A stretch of DNA of 64,000 bases, taken from positions 1-64,000 of the forward strand of contig NIVC01000206.1 of assembly GCA_002269645.1 (NCBI GenBank). The letters run 5' to 3'. Under the pieces are notes generated by a model that saw nothing but the letters and a program-made list of their open reading frames with translations, made no database searches and had not been told where the DNA came from. Positions 21,348 through 33,262 of the stretch are shown one piece after another. Source of the stretch: Macrostomum lignano (lineage: Eukaryota). Both the position numbers and the translations under genes were made by a program. Numbering within the stretch: the first letter of the stretch is position 1; each line of letters begins with the position of its first letter.

Positions 21348-24300
21348 ATGCTATTGTCGTTGTTTCTGCTCCACCTGTTGTCGAGTTCAATGATTTCGGC
21401 TACTCCGGTACGTCCGTCATCTGCAGCGTCCAACCGAGTGACCGGCTGTCAGTTGCCTGGTTCAAAAGTTGGAAACTATTTTAGCAGCGCGATGAATTCC
21501 TCAGACACTTGGTTTAGCTTGGAGATTGGCTATGTACGACTCACGATGCTCTGCGTGTCGAATGAGTTTGGCGACGAAGTTCAATCTGGTATGTTGAACG
21601 AGCGTAGATCCTTTATAAACTCAGGATTGCACAGCAACCCAAACTTCATGTATTCACTATCACAAATCATAAATTTCACCAACCCTAAACTGCACCAACC
21701 TTAAACTGCACCAACCCTAAACTTCACCAACCCTAAACTGCACCAACCCTAAACTGCACCAACCCTAAACTGCACCAACCCTAAACTGCACCAACCCTAA
21801 ACTGCACCAACCCTAAACTGCACCAACACTAAACTGCACCAACCCTAAACTGCACCAACCCTAAACTGCACCAACCCTAAACTGCACCAACCCTAAACTG
21901 CACCAACCCTAAACTGCACCAACCCTAAACTGCACCAACCCTAAACTGCACCAACCCTAAACTGCACCAACCCTAAACTGCACCAACCCTAAACTGCACC
22001 AACCCTAAACTGCACCAACCCTAAACTGCACCAACCCTAAACTGCACCAACCCTAAACTGCACCAACCCTAAACTGCACCAACCCTAAACTGCACCAACC
22101 CTAAACTGCACCAACCCTAAACTGCACCAACCCTAAACTGCACCAACCCTAAACTGCACCAACCCTAAACTGCACCAACCCTAAACTGCACCAACCCTAA
22201 ACTGCACCAACCCTAAACTGCACCAACCCTAAACTGCACCAACCCTAAACTGCACCAACCCTAAACTGCACCAACCCTAAACTGCACCAACCCTAAACTG
22301 CACCAACCCTAAACTGCACCAACCCTAAACTGCACCAACCCTAAACTTCACCAACCCTAAACTGCACCAACCCTAAACTGCACCAACCCTAAACTTCACC
22401 AACCCTAAACTGCACCAACCCTAAACTTCAGCAACCCTAAAATGTTTAAACCTCATAGACTTCACTACTAATATATTAGCTTAACAAATCCTATAGATAT
22501 CACCATTTCCTAAAGCTTAGATTTTTATCCAATAACAGGCACCGGGATATCAGCTGTCCTGAGTTCGAGTGGAGCATCCGGTCAAGTTTGGCCAGTTCCA
22601 CCCAAAGTATTCCTAGCCAATGTCAAATTCGCATTAGCAATGCTACGAGGTCTGCTACCCCAGTCGGCTAAACATCCTGCTGTTGGTTCCCGACTCACTC
22701 AACTGTCTATGGCCGGCTTGGGGAACTTGCCAGCCAATGCCATTGCTCAGCTAGCAACAACTCTTACTAAGTTTGGCGACTTATCCACGCTTAATATCAG
22801 TTCCGTTGGAGCGAACATTCTGCCATCCGAATTGCTGTCTTTGCCGCGACTTCGCCGACTTGATGCCGGCGGAAATCCGTTGGACTGCGGGCTGATTGAA
22901 AATCGATGGCTTCGGCTGTTGACTCAATTGGGTTCCAGACTGGTGGAACCGGCGCTTCTGATGCAGCACTGCATAGAGGGTGAGCCTGTGGGGCTTTTAG
23001 ATTTTGAGTAAGGAAGACCAGATTATCGACTGGGGTTGGGGTAGCAGAGTGGCTCAGTTATTGGCTGTGGTTGGGGTAGCAAAGTGGCTCAATTATTAGC
23101 TGGGGTTGGGGTAGCAGAGTGGCTCAATTATTGGCTGGGTTTGGGGTAGCAGAGTGGCTCAGTTATTGGCTGGGTTTGGGGTAGCAGAGTGGCTCAGTTA
23201 TTGGCTGGGGTTGGGGTAGCAGAGTGGCTCAGTTATTGGCTGGGGTTGGGGTAGCAGAGTGGCTCAATTATTGGCTGGGGTTGGGGTAGCAGAGTGGCTC
23301 AGTTATTGGCTGGGTTGGGGTAGCAGAGTGGCTCAGTTATTGGCTGGGGTTGGGGTAGCAGAGTGGCTCAGTTATTGGCTGGGGTTGGGGTAGCAGAGTG
23401 ACTCAGTTATTGGCTGGGGTTGGGGTAGCAGAGTGGCTCAATTGTTGACTGGGGTTGGGGTAGCAGAGTGGCTCAATTATTGGCTGGGGTTGGGGTAGCA
23501 GAGTGGCTCAGTTATTGGCTGGGTTGGGGTAGCAGAGTGGCTCAGTTATTGGCTGGGGTTGGGGTAGCAGAGTGGCTCAGTTATTTGCCGGGGTTGGGGT
23601 AGCAGAGTGGCTCAGTTATTGGCTGGGGTTGGGGTAGCAGAGTGGCTCAGTTGTTGACTGGGGTTGGGGTAGCAGAGTGGCTCAATTATTGACTGGGATA
23701 GAATTTGGCAGTGAAATTGTCGGTTTGTCTGAGAACTGTTTCAAGCCCTATTTATATGCCTCTCTTTACAAATGAATACTTTCAATGCGTTTTCCTAACT
23801 TTATTACCGTCTGTTATTAATTATTTACCTTGTTGAAATTCCGTTGTGCACAGAAAATGCAACGAATAGCAGTGCAGCAGAATTATATCGCATGGACAGT
23901 CAATTAGCAACTAACATCACCGAATTAGAAGCTGTGGAAAACGACTCCGCAGCTTCACACTACGTTGATTTGCACGGCGAAATTTCGGTACCCTGCAGTC
24001 GACGCTATTTTCGTCCCACCGACGATGGTATTTGGACGCCCGACGCTAGCGTCGTTTGGCGCCGGCTGGACCAACCGGGAGCCGAGCTGCTGCTGGCCTC
24101 GATGGGCAATCTAACCACCTATTTGGAAGCCAATTCTACAGCACATCTATCCTCTTCTGCCAGAGTTTGGCATCCGGAATGGCATAGGAAACAATTCGCA
24201 ACGCAAGTTGACATCGGCTCGGCAGCTCTAGGAGCACCGTTGATGATTCGGGGAGCTCGACTGGCTGTGGCCGGCTTATGGCGCTGCGAGCTGGCCAAGG

Positions 24301-25358
24301 CTGGCTTAGTGCTGGGCGTTCGGCACCGGATTGTACTGAGGCCGCCGTTTGAAACTTTGGAAATTGCATGCTACATTGTAGCCGCCTCTAGCAGCATGGC
24401 TATGGTGAGTCAAAACTGTTGTTTCGTTTTGCCTTAATGATGTTGTCCTGGCCTGGGCTGCGGACCCTCCGCAGCAGGCCCAGTATGCGTTCTCCCACTG
24501 ACTAAGCAGCACCGATTGCTCCCCTCACTGACTCACCCGAGTCACCCCCACTGCACGCCCCCCATTGCTTCATGCTACATATCTCCTGTACGTTTGTGTT
24601 CGTGCCACAGCACGCCTATACGGTTCGGGCCCCAGAGCCCAGAAATATAACGGTAAACACGACCCCCTCAGTCTCTCCACATTTGTACTGACTGCCTGCC
24701 TGCTCACGGGATCCGCTCCCAGGCAGAGCTTTGAACTAAACTCCAAGACTCACTTTCAAGTCATTACAGATGTCTTCGCAGGTTCTTAAGGAGTTCTACT
24801 ATTATAAAAGTCTTTCTGAATGAAAATTTAGTGAATATCCTACCAAATTTTCAGGTGCTCATCGGCCTAGCAGCTGGATTAATTCGTATCTTCATCCGCA
24901 CCCGCTGCTGCACCCGCGTTGTACACATCGTGGAGGCTCAATCGGTGCACAATCTGAACGCCTCGCCGTTGCAAACTCGCCGCCGACGTCAAGAAGCCGC
25001 CGATGCCGTTGTCGGCCTCGATTTGACAGCTGAAGGCGGCGACATTGAAGAATCCGACATGGGCGCTGTGGAACCCTGGCTGGATGGCCTGAATCCGAGC
25101 AGCAGCGGCGTCGGTGCCAACATCCGCGATCGGATGCGCGACATCAACGACCAGCTGCGATTACGCGTCACCAACATGCGAGCGGGCTGGACCAGCGGAG
25201 TTGAGCACGTCAAAGGCCAGATGCGCAGCATGGCGGAGTTCTGTGGAGTGAACAACCCACCGTTGGACCAGACGGTCAGCGTGGTCAGTGTCTACACTGA
25301 TCCGGACGGCAGGCAGGAGCCGATGGAGCAGCACTTGCATCTGCTGTCATCGGTGTAG
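21348..25358 (+). CDS. Type I membrane protein: signal peptide, LRR/LRRCT-like, Ig-like, TM, cytoplasmic tail (~578 aa, 4 exons)
   Basis: Exons 21348-21588, 22539-22979, 23854-24404, 24855-25358; all GT/AG with phases 1,1,0 matching. Motifs: MLLSLFLLHLLSSSMISAT; LSTLNISSVGANILPSELLSLPRLRRLDAGGNPLDCG; CSRR...W...GLWRCEL; TM IACYIVAASSSMAM|VLIGLAAGLIRIFI; C-terminus LSSV. Confidence 0.72.
21677..22440. repeat. 16-bp minisatellite (AACCCTAAACTGCACC)n, ~47 copies
   Basis: Direct reading; each unit embeds CCCTAA. Confidence 0.98.
23030..23697. repeat. 35-bp G-rich minisatellite (TTGGCTGGGGTTGGGGTAGCAGAGTGGCTCAGTTA)n, ~19 copies
   Basis: Direct reading; two G4 runs per unit. Confidence 0.97.
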
Positions 25359-25851
25359 CGAAAATATTGTCGATTCGGTGGAATATTCTAGATCACTAGA
25401 ATGCCATGTTATATGTAATCAATTTCTTTCCTAGAAAGTTTTGAAAAATACTTAGTGTAAATCAGGATAAAATTGGTATCTACAGATATTTTGGCGTTCA
25501 AACTCCCGTTGCTCTTAAGTATCCTTCCAGTATCCCTTGAGTACTACACCTGCATGAATCTCCTAGTTACACCTAAAAGAGTCGAATTTCCGTTTTAGTT
25601 ACGATAGACTATAGAAGGTACATGCATGTATATCAGGCGATTAAATCTGGCATGCAAAAGCAAAAAAGAGGTTGCTACGAAAGGTTTATTAGAAAATTAA
25701 TGATTTAAGAATTATTTTCCCCCGCACCATAAAATCTATACATGTATTAGGACGCCCTGTAATAAATACAATGTACGTAGACTTGTAGTTAGGTTACTCA
25801 TTAGAAAACAATAGCTTGGGGATTTCTGTTTAGATGTTTTAACGCCATCTA

Positions 25852-26045
25852 GCTTCAGCCAATGAGAGAGTAGTAAGGAGAGAGTTAGGCCCACGAAACT
25901 CAGCCTACTAGGGCGGGGGGCAGGCCAGATCTATCTCAGCCAATGAGAGAGCAGTAACGGAGAGGGGTCAGAGTTAGACGGACGAAACTCAGCCTAGGGG
26001 GCAGGCCAAATTTATCTCAGCCAATGAGAGAGCAGTAAGAAGAGA
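25852..26045. repeat. ~90-bp direct repeat (2-3 copies) with AGCCAATGAGAGAG motif
   Basis: CAGCCAATGAGAGAG recurs three times with shared GAAACTCAGCCTA spacers. Confidence 0.75.
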
Positions 26046-26515
26046 AGGCAAAGTCACACACAAGTGGGCAAGCGGTAAGCCAAACTGGCCTGGATGTGGA
26101 CTGGGGCGCCATCATTTTTCTCTCTTGCTCGCTATGCACTCACTAAATTTCGGTTTATTAATTTTTATTAGCAATCTTCATCTGGAATTCATTAATTTTT
26201 GTAATAATTTGGATCTTAGACAGTTTGGATCATCAGTATAAAAGGATGAAGATGCTAATTTTTTGGGTTTGCTTGTAGAAAGCCGAATGCGATTGCTGCA
26301 GCTTCAAAAATGTTGAAATATTATGAATATTATCAATATATATGAATATGAATATATGATATGTTGAAATATAAATATTATGTTGAAATAAAACTTTAAT
26401 TAATAATTATTTTACGACAAAACCGATAATTTTGATACTAAGAAAAAGAGTAGATGATCACTTCTTTGCAAGTGGCATATATATAGTTATCCTAGAATGT
26501 GTAATTTACCATGGT

Positions 26516-26822
26516 CAGGATCGTGTACCGGTGTACGCCGGAACGAAAATTGCTTCCGAAGCTCATGTACGCCAATGTACGCCAACGAACTTTTTATGGC
26601 ACAAAAAATACGCCAAAATAAAATTACAAATTACGACCAATATTAACCGCTTGAAAATTTTTAATATTTAAAAAATTAATAAGTAAAAACTGGTAAATTT
26701 TTTTCTAAACCGTATAATACTAGTTCATTTTAACTATATTTGTTTTACTTTTAACTTCTTAGGAGACTATGCCAAACGTAAACTTACGCCGGAATCTTCC
26801 AGCGTACATGTATACCACCCAG
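26516..26822. mobile_element. Possible small MITE with imperfect inverted ends
   Basis: GGATCGTGTACCGGTGTACGCCGGAA versus inverted TTCCAGCGTACATGTATACCACCC; TSD only partly conserved. Confidence 0.35.
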
Positions 26823-26886
26823 AGTCTGGTGTGATTACAGCGAAAAAGTTCGCTGTACTTTAAAACGCTGTTTTAAATGCAGTGTA

Positions 26887-28191
26887 CGAGAGGTGATCAA
26901 AAAGTTCTGCAAGTGACCTCACAACTCTGCGTTACAGCAGCCGATGCGTCTAATCAGTGTCACTTTCCCTCAAAGTACTTTCCACCACAGTACTTTGCAC
27001 CGTTGCATGCGTGTGAACCATGTCTGAAAGCAGTCATGATACTCAGAAGTTAGTATACCCTGTAGAGCTGAATGTACCACTTGGGCAAGGTCTTGTATGC
27101 GTGAAATGGCCTCCCAGAAATGACGGATTTGATCCTCGGGAACAGCCAAAAGTCGCATGGTGCTAGGTCTGTAGAGTAGGGTGGATGAGGCAGCAGCTGG
27201 ACCCCCTGCTGCTCCAGGTACGCCATGGTTGAAGCCGCCCTGTGCGGTGCCGCATTGTCATGGTGCAGCAGGAGTCGAGGTCCATGCCTGGTTCGCGCAC
27301 GTTCCTGCCGCTCCTGCAGCACGCCTGGCAGAACAGTGTCTGTGTAGTACCTGGCAGTCACTGTGGCACCCGCTGGAAGGATGTTCACTGATACAACGCC
27401 CTGAGAGTTGAAAAAAATGGTGAATATCCGCTTCCGACTGCGGAATCCGGTCTTCAGCACCTCGGGCCTAGGCTCATCTTCTGCCAGCCAGACCATGTTG
27501 GACTGCTTATTCTTCATGGTAAATAAGTAGATCCAAAATTCGCCTCGTGTGATGACATCCGACAGTCGTCGTGGGCCATGAGGGTCAAAAATTTGCACCC
27601 ACAAGCGACAGATGCGCACCCTCTCGCTTGCTGCTCCGGAGTGAGAAGATGGGGTACCCACCGAGTGCAGGTCTTTGTGTGGCCCAGTTGCTCATGCATA
27701 ATGTTATGAGCACTTCCATAGCTGACACCAAGCTCATAGGCAAGGAATCTTAGCGTAGTGCTCCGATCCTCACGAATTATTGCATCGGCACGGGCCACGA
27801 CATCTTGGGTCACGGATGTCCGGGGTCGGCCAGACCTCGGTTCATCGTTGAAGCTGTCCCGGCCTTCCGAGAAATGGCGCAGCCAGCGGGCAACCGTGTC
27901 AAATGATGGAGCAGAGTCAGCTAAAACATTCACCAGATCGGTATGAATCTCAGTCGCTCGGCAGCCAAGTTGCATGCGCATAAATATGTAGAAGCGAACA
28001 CTGTCTTTTGATGTTTCCATCAGCTACTGAAATCACATGGAAAATATATGGCTGTGAAATTTGACTAGAGCACATTGGGAAGCCAAAATTCATATAAATA
28101 TAACAAACAGATATAGCCGCATATGTGTAAGTTTTTAGCTTTTGCCGATTTTATAACTAAAAGCTATAACAAGAGGTTGCAGAACTTTTTG
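26887..28191 (-). mobile_element. Mariner (DD34D family) transposon, decayed; one TIR intact, the other truncated
   Basis: TA|CGAGAGGTGATCAAAAAGTTCTGCAAGTGACCTC at 26885. Partial inverted copy GAGGTTGCAGAACTTTTTG at 28173-28191. Confidence 0.9.
26970..28020 (-). pseudogene. Mariner transposase pseudogene (two frameshifts, first catalytic Asp lost)
   Basis: HTH, PRSGRP, WVPHLL, HDNAAPH and YSTDLAPCDF motifs are spread over three frames (ORFs 27514-28020, 27050-27661, 26970-27158). The canonical VTGDE reads ITRGE. Confidence 0.9.
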
Positions 28192-29333
28192 CCTGCAGCT
28201 GTCACAGTGTAAATGCACTTTATAACAACCCGGAATGCTAATGTCAATTCTTCATATCGCACGCTATCTGTGATAAATCGCTAATTTATTTACAAATTCA
28301 TTCTGTCGCTCTTTACGGTCGAAAAAAATTAACATTTTTTATTCAATTGTTAATCTTAAATTGTTTTGCTGTCATCGTAGGAGAATAGGTTAAAAAAGCT
28401 GTAAAAGCCTAGCCTAAAATAAAATTTATATTACATTAAAATAAGCTGCAACATTACAACCCTGTGAGCAAAAACTAAATTTCCATACAGGATACGCGCA
28501 GTTGTGAGTGTAAAGTCATTTTTAATTGTTAAATGTTAATATTTTTTATTTAGAGTAAATTATAGCGTGTAATGCATTGTTAGTTGGACCGAATTCTTTC
28601 AAGTTTTTGTGTAATTCTTTCAAATAATCATTTGTGCTTATTCATTTCGGCATGGTACATGTAACTAAATTAACGCGTATACACACATTTATAACTCTTG
28701 AAAATATAGAGAGACACGGGATATTTCCGGCTTTATTTATCGATTAGTCATCTAACGGCTACACCTCTCTTTACACATTCTTTGCCCCTTATTTAAAGAG
28801 ATATAGTTATCTGACATAATATCAAGGTGACTTTAGTCCGCTAAACCTGAAAACGACGAAAAATTATGAATAAAAGAGTGATCATATTTCGATTAAAATC
28901 CAAGGCAATTGTTTTTTATATATTTTCTAAAAGTTACTTTTAACATGCTTCGTTGGCTACTCTAAGTACACGTCAGTTCCATTACGGGCTTAGAGTGCTT
29001 GCATGCAAACTAAAACTTTTAAAATTAGGCTAACGCTACTAAATCACAAATATTTAGACAATAGTAAGACTTAGAAATAGTATTTGTACGCCAATTTCGT
29101 CTAATTTAATAAATTGTCGTCAAAAAGTTCAGAATCTGATTTGCCGATATGTATCGAAAATAATTTATTTCGTTACAAGTGAATATGTTAGTTATCAGTT
29201 TACGATCTTACGTGTTGGCAACATACGAAAATATTTAGAGAGTAATATCAAGTAGTATAAGTGTTAAATTAGTACTATTATTAAGCCCAGTAAAAGCGTT
29301 TTTTAAATCAGTGAAATACGAAGCAAAAAGGAT

Positions 29334-29422
29334 TCCGGTGAGGCGGATTTGAACCACCGACCTAAGGATCGCTGCATACTGCACTCTACAGTCCTCCGCT
29401 CTACCAACTGAGCTATCACCGG
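29334..29422 (-). tRNA. trnY-GTA: tRNA-Tyr (GTA) with 16-nt intron (29370-29385)
   Basis: CCGGTGATAGCTCAGTTGGTAGAGCGGAGGACTGTAG[agtgcagtatgcagcg]ATCCTTAGGTCGGTGGTTCAAATCCGCCTCACCGGA. The acceptor and T stems pair, A/B boxes are intact, and a TTTTT terminator follows 4 nt downstream. Confidence 0.97.
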
Positions 29423-31240
29423 GGCAGAAGGAGATGACTCAGAAAGTATACTTAATCAGTTAGCAAATTATTTTTTCATTTTATAATTCAGGTTTAGGCT
29501 TTATTACATGAGAGAGAACTGGCCCATCAAAGGGAGTAAAATAAGCTTTGTCTTTAAACTACAGCTTCAATCACTTTAATCATTTTAATCACTTTGCAAA
29601 AAAAGCAAAGGGATCGTTTTTTAACTTAAACACTGCCTAAATTGGCTGGGTTTGGACTACACCTAGGCCTAGGGCCCTAAGGCCTAAAGCATCTTTAGCT
29701 AGTTTTTCGTCAACTCGTCGACGTCAAGGCGAACCGAGAAAGTCGTTATTTCCATTCTCTTTCGCCTTTTTGCTAATGAATTTCAAAGGCCTGGATCTGG
29801 ATGCTTTGCATGAGCACCTTGTGTGTGGGCCAGGCCAAGAGACGAAAGCCGGGTCCGCGGGAGCCTTTTTTGGCAGTTTAAAGCCAGTTTGCGGATAAAA
29901 ATGATGACGGGATGTCGCGAATCAAGCAGAAAGAAATCTATCTAGGTCTAATCTGTCAGGAAATCAGAACAAAAGCGATGAGAACTGCAGCTGAAGGACG
30001 GATTTATGGACACCCCCAGGACTAATTATAGGAATTGTAGCAATTTAGTAATTTGTTATAATCGTTTAACATCACGAACAATTATGTTTTTTCGTCCTTA
30101 CATGATTTGAAATTTAATTAATGCACTGCACAGTGGGGGTCCCAAGGAGCTTACTATTTGAACTAACTGCTGTTCGACACTACTCTGACGCCCCATCTTG
30201 AGTTAGGCTAAAGCTGCATTCGATTTGAGACTGGCGCCGGCACATGAGCTACGTACATGTATATAGGAACTTGAGAAAGATTTGCACAACATACAAATGG
30301 AATCAGTATCCCTTTTGTATAATTGGATTAAGTTTCTCTTACACGTGACACGTGTTTTACGAGAGTGGACGACTACGTGTGTACACGGAACAGCTAGAAC
30401 AGATGGTAAAACTTTCCTGTATTTAATTAATTAGGCTTGTTACATTTATTTTACGAATATAGATATAGGAATATAGAAATTTACGAATATCTATTTTACC
30501 TAATTGTGAAACGCTGCATCCACGACAGTGCCCTTGCCATGTCACTTCTATAACAGCTAAACTTTTATTAGAATTCAGCTTTGTTACATTAATATTTTCG
30601 GCGACTACTTAAATGTACTTAATATTTACAGAGTATTCTCGTAGTACTTTACAGCTGCTGTTTTTGGCAGCAAATTTTGTGATGCTTCCTTCATAGATAA
30701 CAGGAAGTCCAAGGCGCAACAACGTTTGTTGACCGGAGAAACTTTCTTTAACAAGTTCGACTGCACTTGGAGACATTCAAACATTTGGAGACGGATAGCT
30801 AGCTCTCTGGTCAAATCGCTTTGGGACTGTAATTCGAAATGCGCACTAAAATGTATCGAATGCCTACAACGGAAGCCATTATTAAGCTTTACTTCTGTCC
30901 AAGATTTTTGGGCGTGGCAGTCTGGAAATCAATTAAAGCATACAAAAATATTGATTAATTGTCAAGGACTTAATTCAGCAATTTTTTTATTGAGTAAAAG
31001 TTTAGAGAAAGGGATTACGCCGTTTAAATTTAAGCTCTGGACCCTTTTAATGGATTACTGAATTGGAAACTTTTTGCAATATTGCGCTTTCTTTTGCCCA
31101 TCAGATTCTGCAGAGCTCTGAGGATTGAACAATCAATTTTCCAAACATTTCTAAAGCCGCCTAAAGTATGTGCTTAAGTCATTAACTAGCGTTTACATCC
31201 GGGAACTGCAAGCGTCAGTGTTCGAGCGGATCTGATGTAC

Positions 31241-31400
31241 CTGCTGAAAGTGTGCCTGCATGATAGAGCAGGTGTTTTACCTGCTGAAAGTGTGCCTGCA
31301 TGATAGAGCAGGTGTTTTACCTGCTGAAAGTGTGCCTGCATGATAGAGCAGGTGTTTTACCTGCTGAAAGTGTGCCTGCATGATAGAGCAGGTGTTTTAC
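31241..31400. repeat. 40-bp tandem repeat x4 (CTGCTGAAAGTGTGCCTGCATGATAGAGCAGGTGTTTTAC)
   Basis: Identical copies; no spacers. Confidence 0.95.
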
Positions 31401-31712
31401 CATCATTCGATGGAAATGATTAAGCCGTACTTTGACAGATTTTTAATTAAACTGCAATCAATTCTTTTATGTTTGAGTCAAGATTCACAGAGAACAATAA
31501 AACAATTAAAATGAATCTTCAATATGCTGATTGGCATGAATACACGCATGAATTCAATTTGTCAGTTTCAATTCAAATTTGACAATTGGACAACAGCGAA
31601 TACTTATTAACCAAATTAACTTTATCAAACAGTGCTGTCACAGGCTTCTATAAAAATTATTAATATTATGTTATTTGATAGAAATTCACAGGCTTTCTCG
31701 CCCAATCTATCA

Positions 31713-32071
31713 TGAGTGAGTGAGTGAGTGAGTGAGTGAGTGAGTGAGTAAGTGAGTGAGTGAGTGAGTAAGTGAGTGAGTGAGTGAGTGAGTGAGTCAG
31801 TCAGTCAGTCAATCAGTCAGTCAGTCAGTTAGTCAGTAAATCAGTCAGTCAGTCAGTCAGTCAGTCAGTCAGTCAGTCAGTCAGTCAGTCAGTTAGTCAG
31901 TCAGCAGTCAGTCAGTCAGTCAGTCAGTCAGTCAGTCAGTCAGTCAGTCAGTCAGTCAGTCAGTCAGTCAGTCAGTCAGTCAGTCAGTCAGTCAGTCAGT
32001 CAGTCAGTCAGTCAGTCAGTCAGTCAGTCAGTCAGTCAGTCAGTCAGTCAGTCAGTCAGTCAGTCAGTCAG
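31713..32071. repeat. Compound microsatellite (TGAG)n-(TCAG)n abutting the GPCR stop codon
   Basis: Direct reading. Confidence 0.98.
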
Positions 32072-33262
32072 TTAGTCAACAATCCGTTGCCGCTGCGGTG
32101 AAGTTGGTGACTGCGAGTGACTTGTCGAGATCAGCGAAGACAGCTGGCTGCCGAAGGCATCCGGGCGCAGGCGGCAGCTGAGCTCCAGGTTCTCGGTGGA
32201 CAGGGCCGCGGCCTCGCCAGCAGCACCTCTGGCTCTGTTGATGTCGATGTCGTAGGGCCGGTAGCCACGGCAGCTGGGCGCGGATGCGCCGCAGATAATG
32301 CGACTTCTGGCGGCCGCTGGTCGCCGTCCGGAGCAGTGAGCCAGCAGGGCTCTACGAAACAGCCTTGTGGTGCTCACGTACACCAGGAAGTTCACCAGAC
32401 TGTCGAGCTGGGTCAGCAAATTCACAGAGCGCACCAGAACGGAATTCTTCAGCCGGATGTAGGCGAACACGGCGGTCGGGAGCTCCAGGGCGGCGAACGC
32501 GAAGGCCAACAGGATGACAACGCGAGCCGCGTGCTTGTCGCGACGGGCTAGCGCGGAGGGACGCGTCAACTTGTGCGAGCAGCCTGCGCTGCCTTGGCCT
32601 TGGCCGCCTCCAGCAGCTCCCGAGCACTGCTGCGGACGCTTCCTCAGTCGATCAGCGATGAGCAAGCCGGAGACGAGCACCAATAGGAACGGTACCGAGG
32701 TCTGCAGAGTGTAGAACACGGTGGCGTACTTGGTGACCAGGTGCGACTCAGTGCAGGCCGAGTCCAACTCGCTAATGATGGCCAGCGGCAGGATGGGAGC
32801 GGCCAACAGGCCGAAGGTCAGCATTGATCGGCGACCTTTCAAGATGGCCTCGCCAGTTTTAGCGGATATCGGACGAATGACGGCGTTGAGACGCGAGATG
32901 GCGATCACTACGACAGTCCAGTTGCGCATGGTCAGAAACGCTCGCAGGCAGCAGCCGATGACCAGCCGGGACGCCCCGTGTTCGACTCCGCAAGTCAGGC
33001 GAATCATTCTTCTTGCACCTAATCCGGCCAGTTCGAAGCAGACGTTGAGTCCGATGCTAAAGTTGAACAGGAGCTCGAATACGCTCAGGTAGCTAAGCAG
33101 ATGACGAACTGTGGCGCTCATCTCGCGACTGCCAACTGTCTGGAAGAGGAATAGAGCGTAGCCGCTCTGGACCAGGTTCAGTGCCCCCAGTCCAAGAAAT
33201 GCACCGTTGAACAGCGAGCTGACAACGGCATCATGCGGAGAGGTTGAAGAGTTTGTTGCCAT
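32072..33262 (-). CDS. Class A (rhodopsin-like) GPCR, intronless, 396 aa, peptide-receptor-like
   Basis: Seven hydrophobic segments. N-terminal NSS sequon; TM3 [18 protein letters not shown] (DRY position reads SRL); TM5 SVPF; TM6 ELP; TM7 DSLVNFLVY; Cys in TM3 and ECL2. Confidence 0.88.
   Translation of the reverse strand: MATNSSTSPHDAVVSSLFNGAFLGLGALNLVQSGYALFLFQTVGSREMSATVRHLLSYLSVFELLFNFSIGLNVCFELAGLGARRMIRLTCGVEHGASRLVIGCCLRAFLTMRNWTVVVIAISRLNAVIRPISAKTGEAILKGRRSMLTFGLLAAPILPLAIISELDSACTESHLVTKYATVFYTLQTSVPFLLVLVSGLLIADRLRKRPQQCSGAAGGGQGQGSAGCSHKLTRPSALARRDKHAARVVILLAFAFAALELPTAVFAYIRLKNSVLVRSVNLLTQLDSLVNFLVYVSTTRLFRRALLAHCSGRRPAAARSRIICGASAPSCRGYRPYDIDINRARGAAGEAAALSTENLELSCRLRPDAFGSQLSSLISTSHSQSPTSPQRQRIVD

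Noticed and set aside
21345-21480. Alternative frame (VICSVQPSDRLSVAWFK) resembling an Ig strand
   Set aside because: It ends in a stop and needs a frameshift; the signal-peptide frame splices without one. Not fully excluded.
30626-31061. AT-rich ORFs of 62-111 aa
   Set aside because: No motifs, and codon usage is unlike the real genes in this window.
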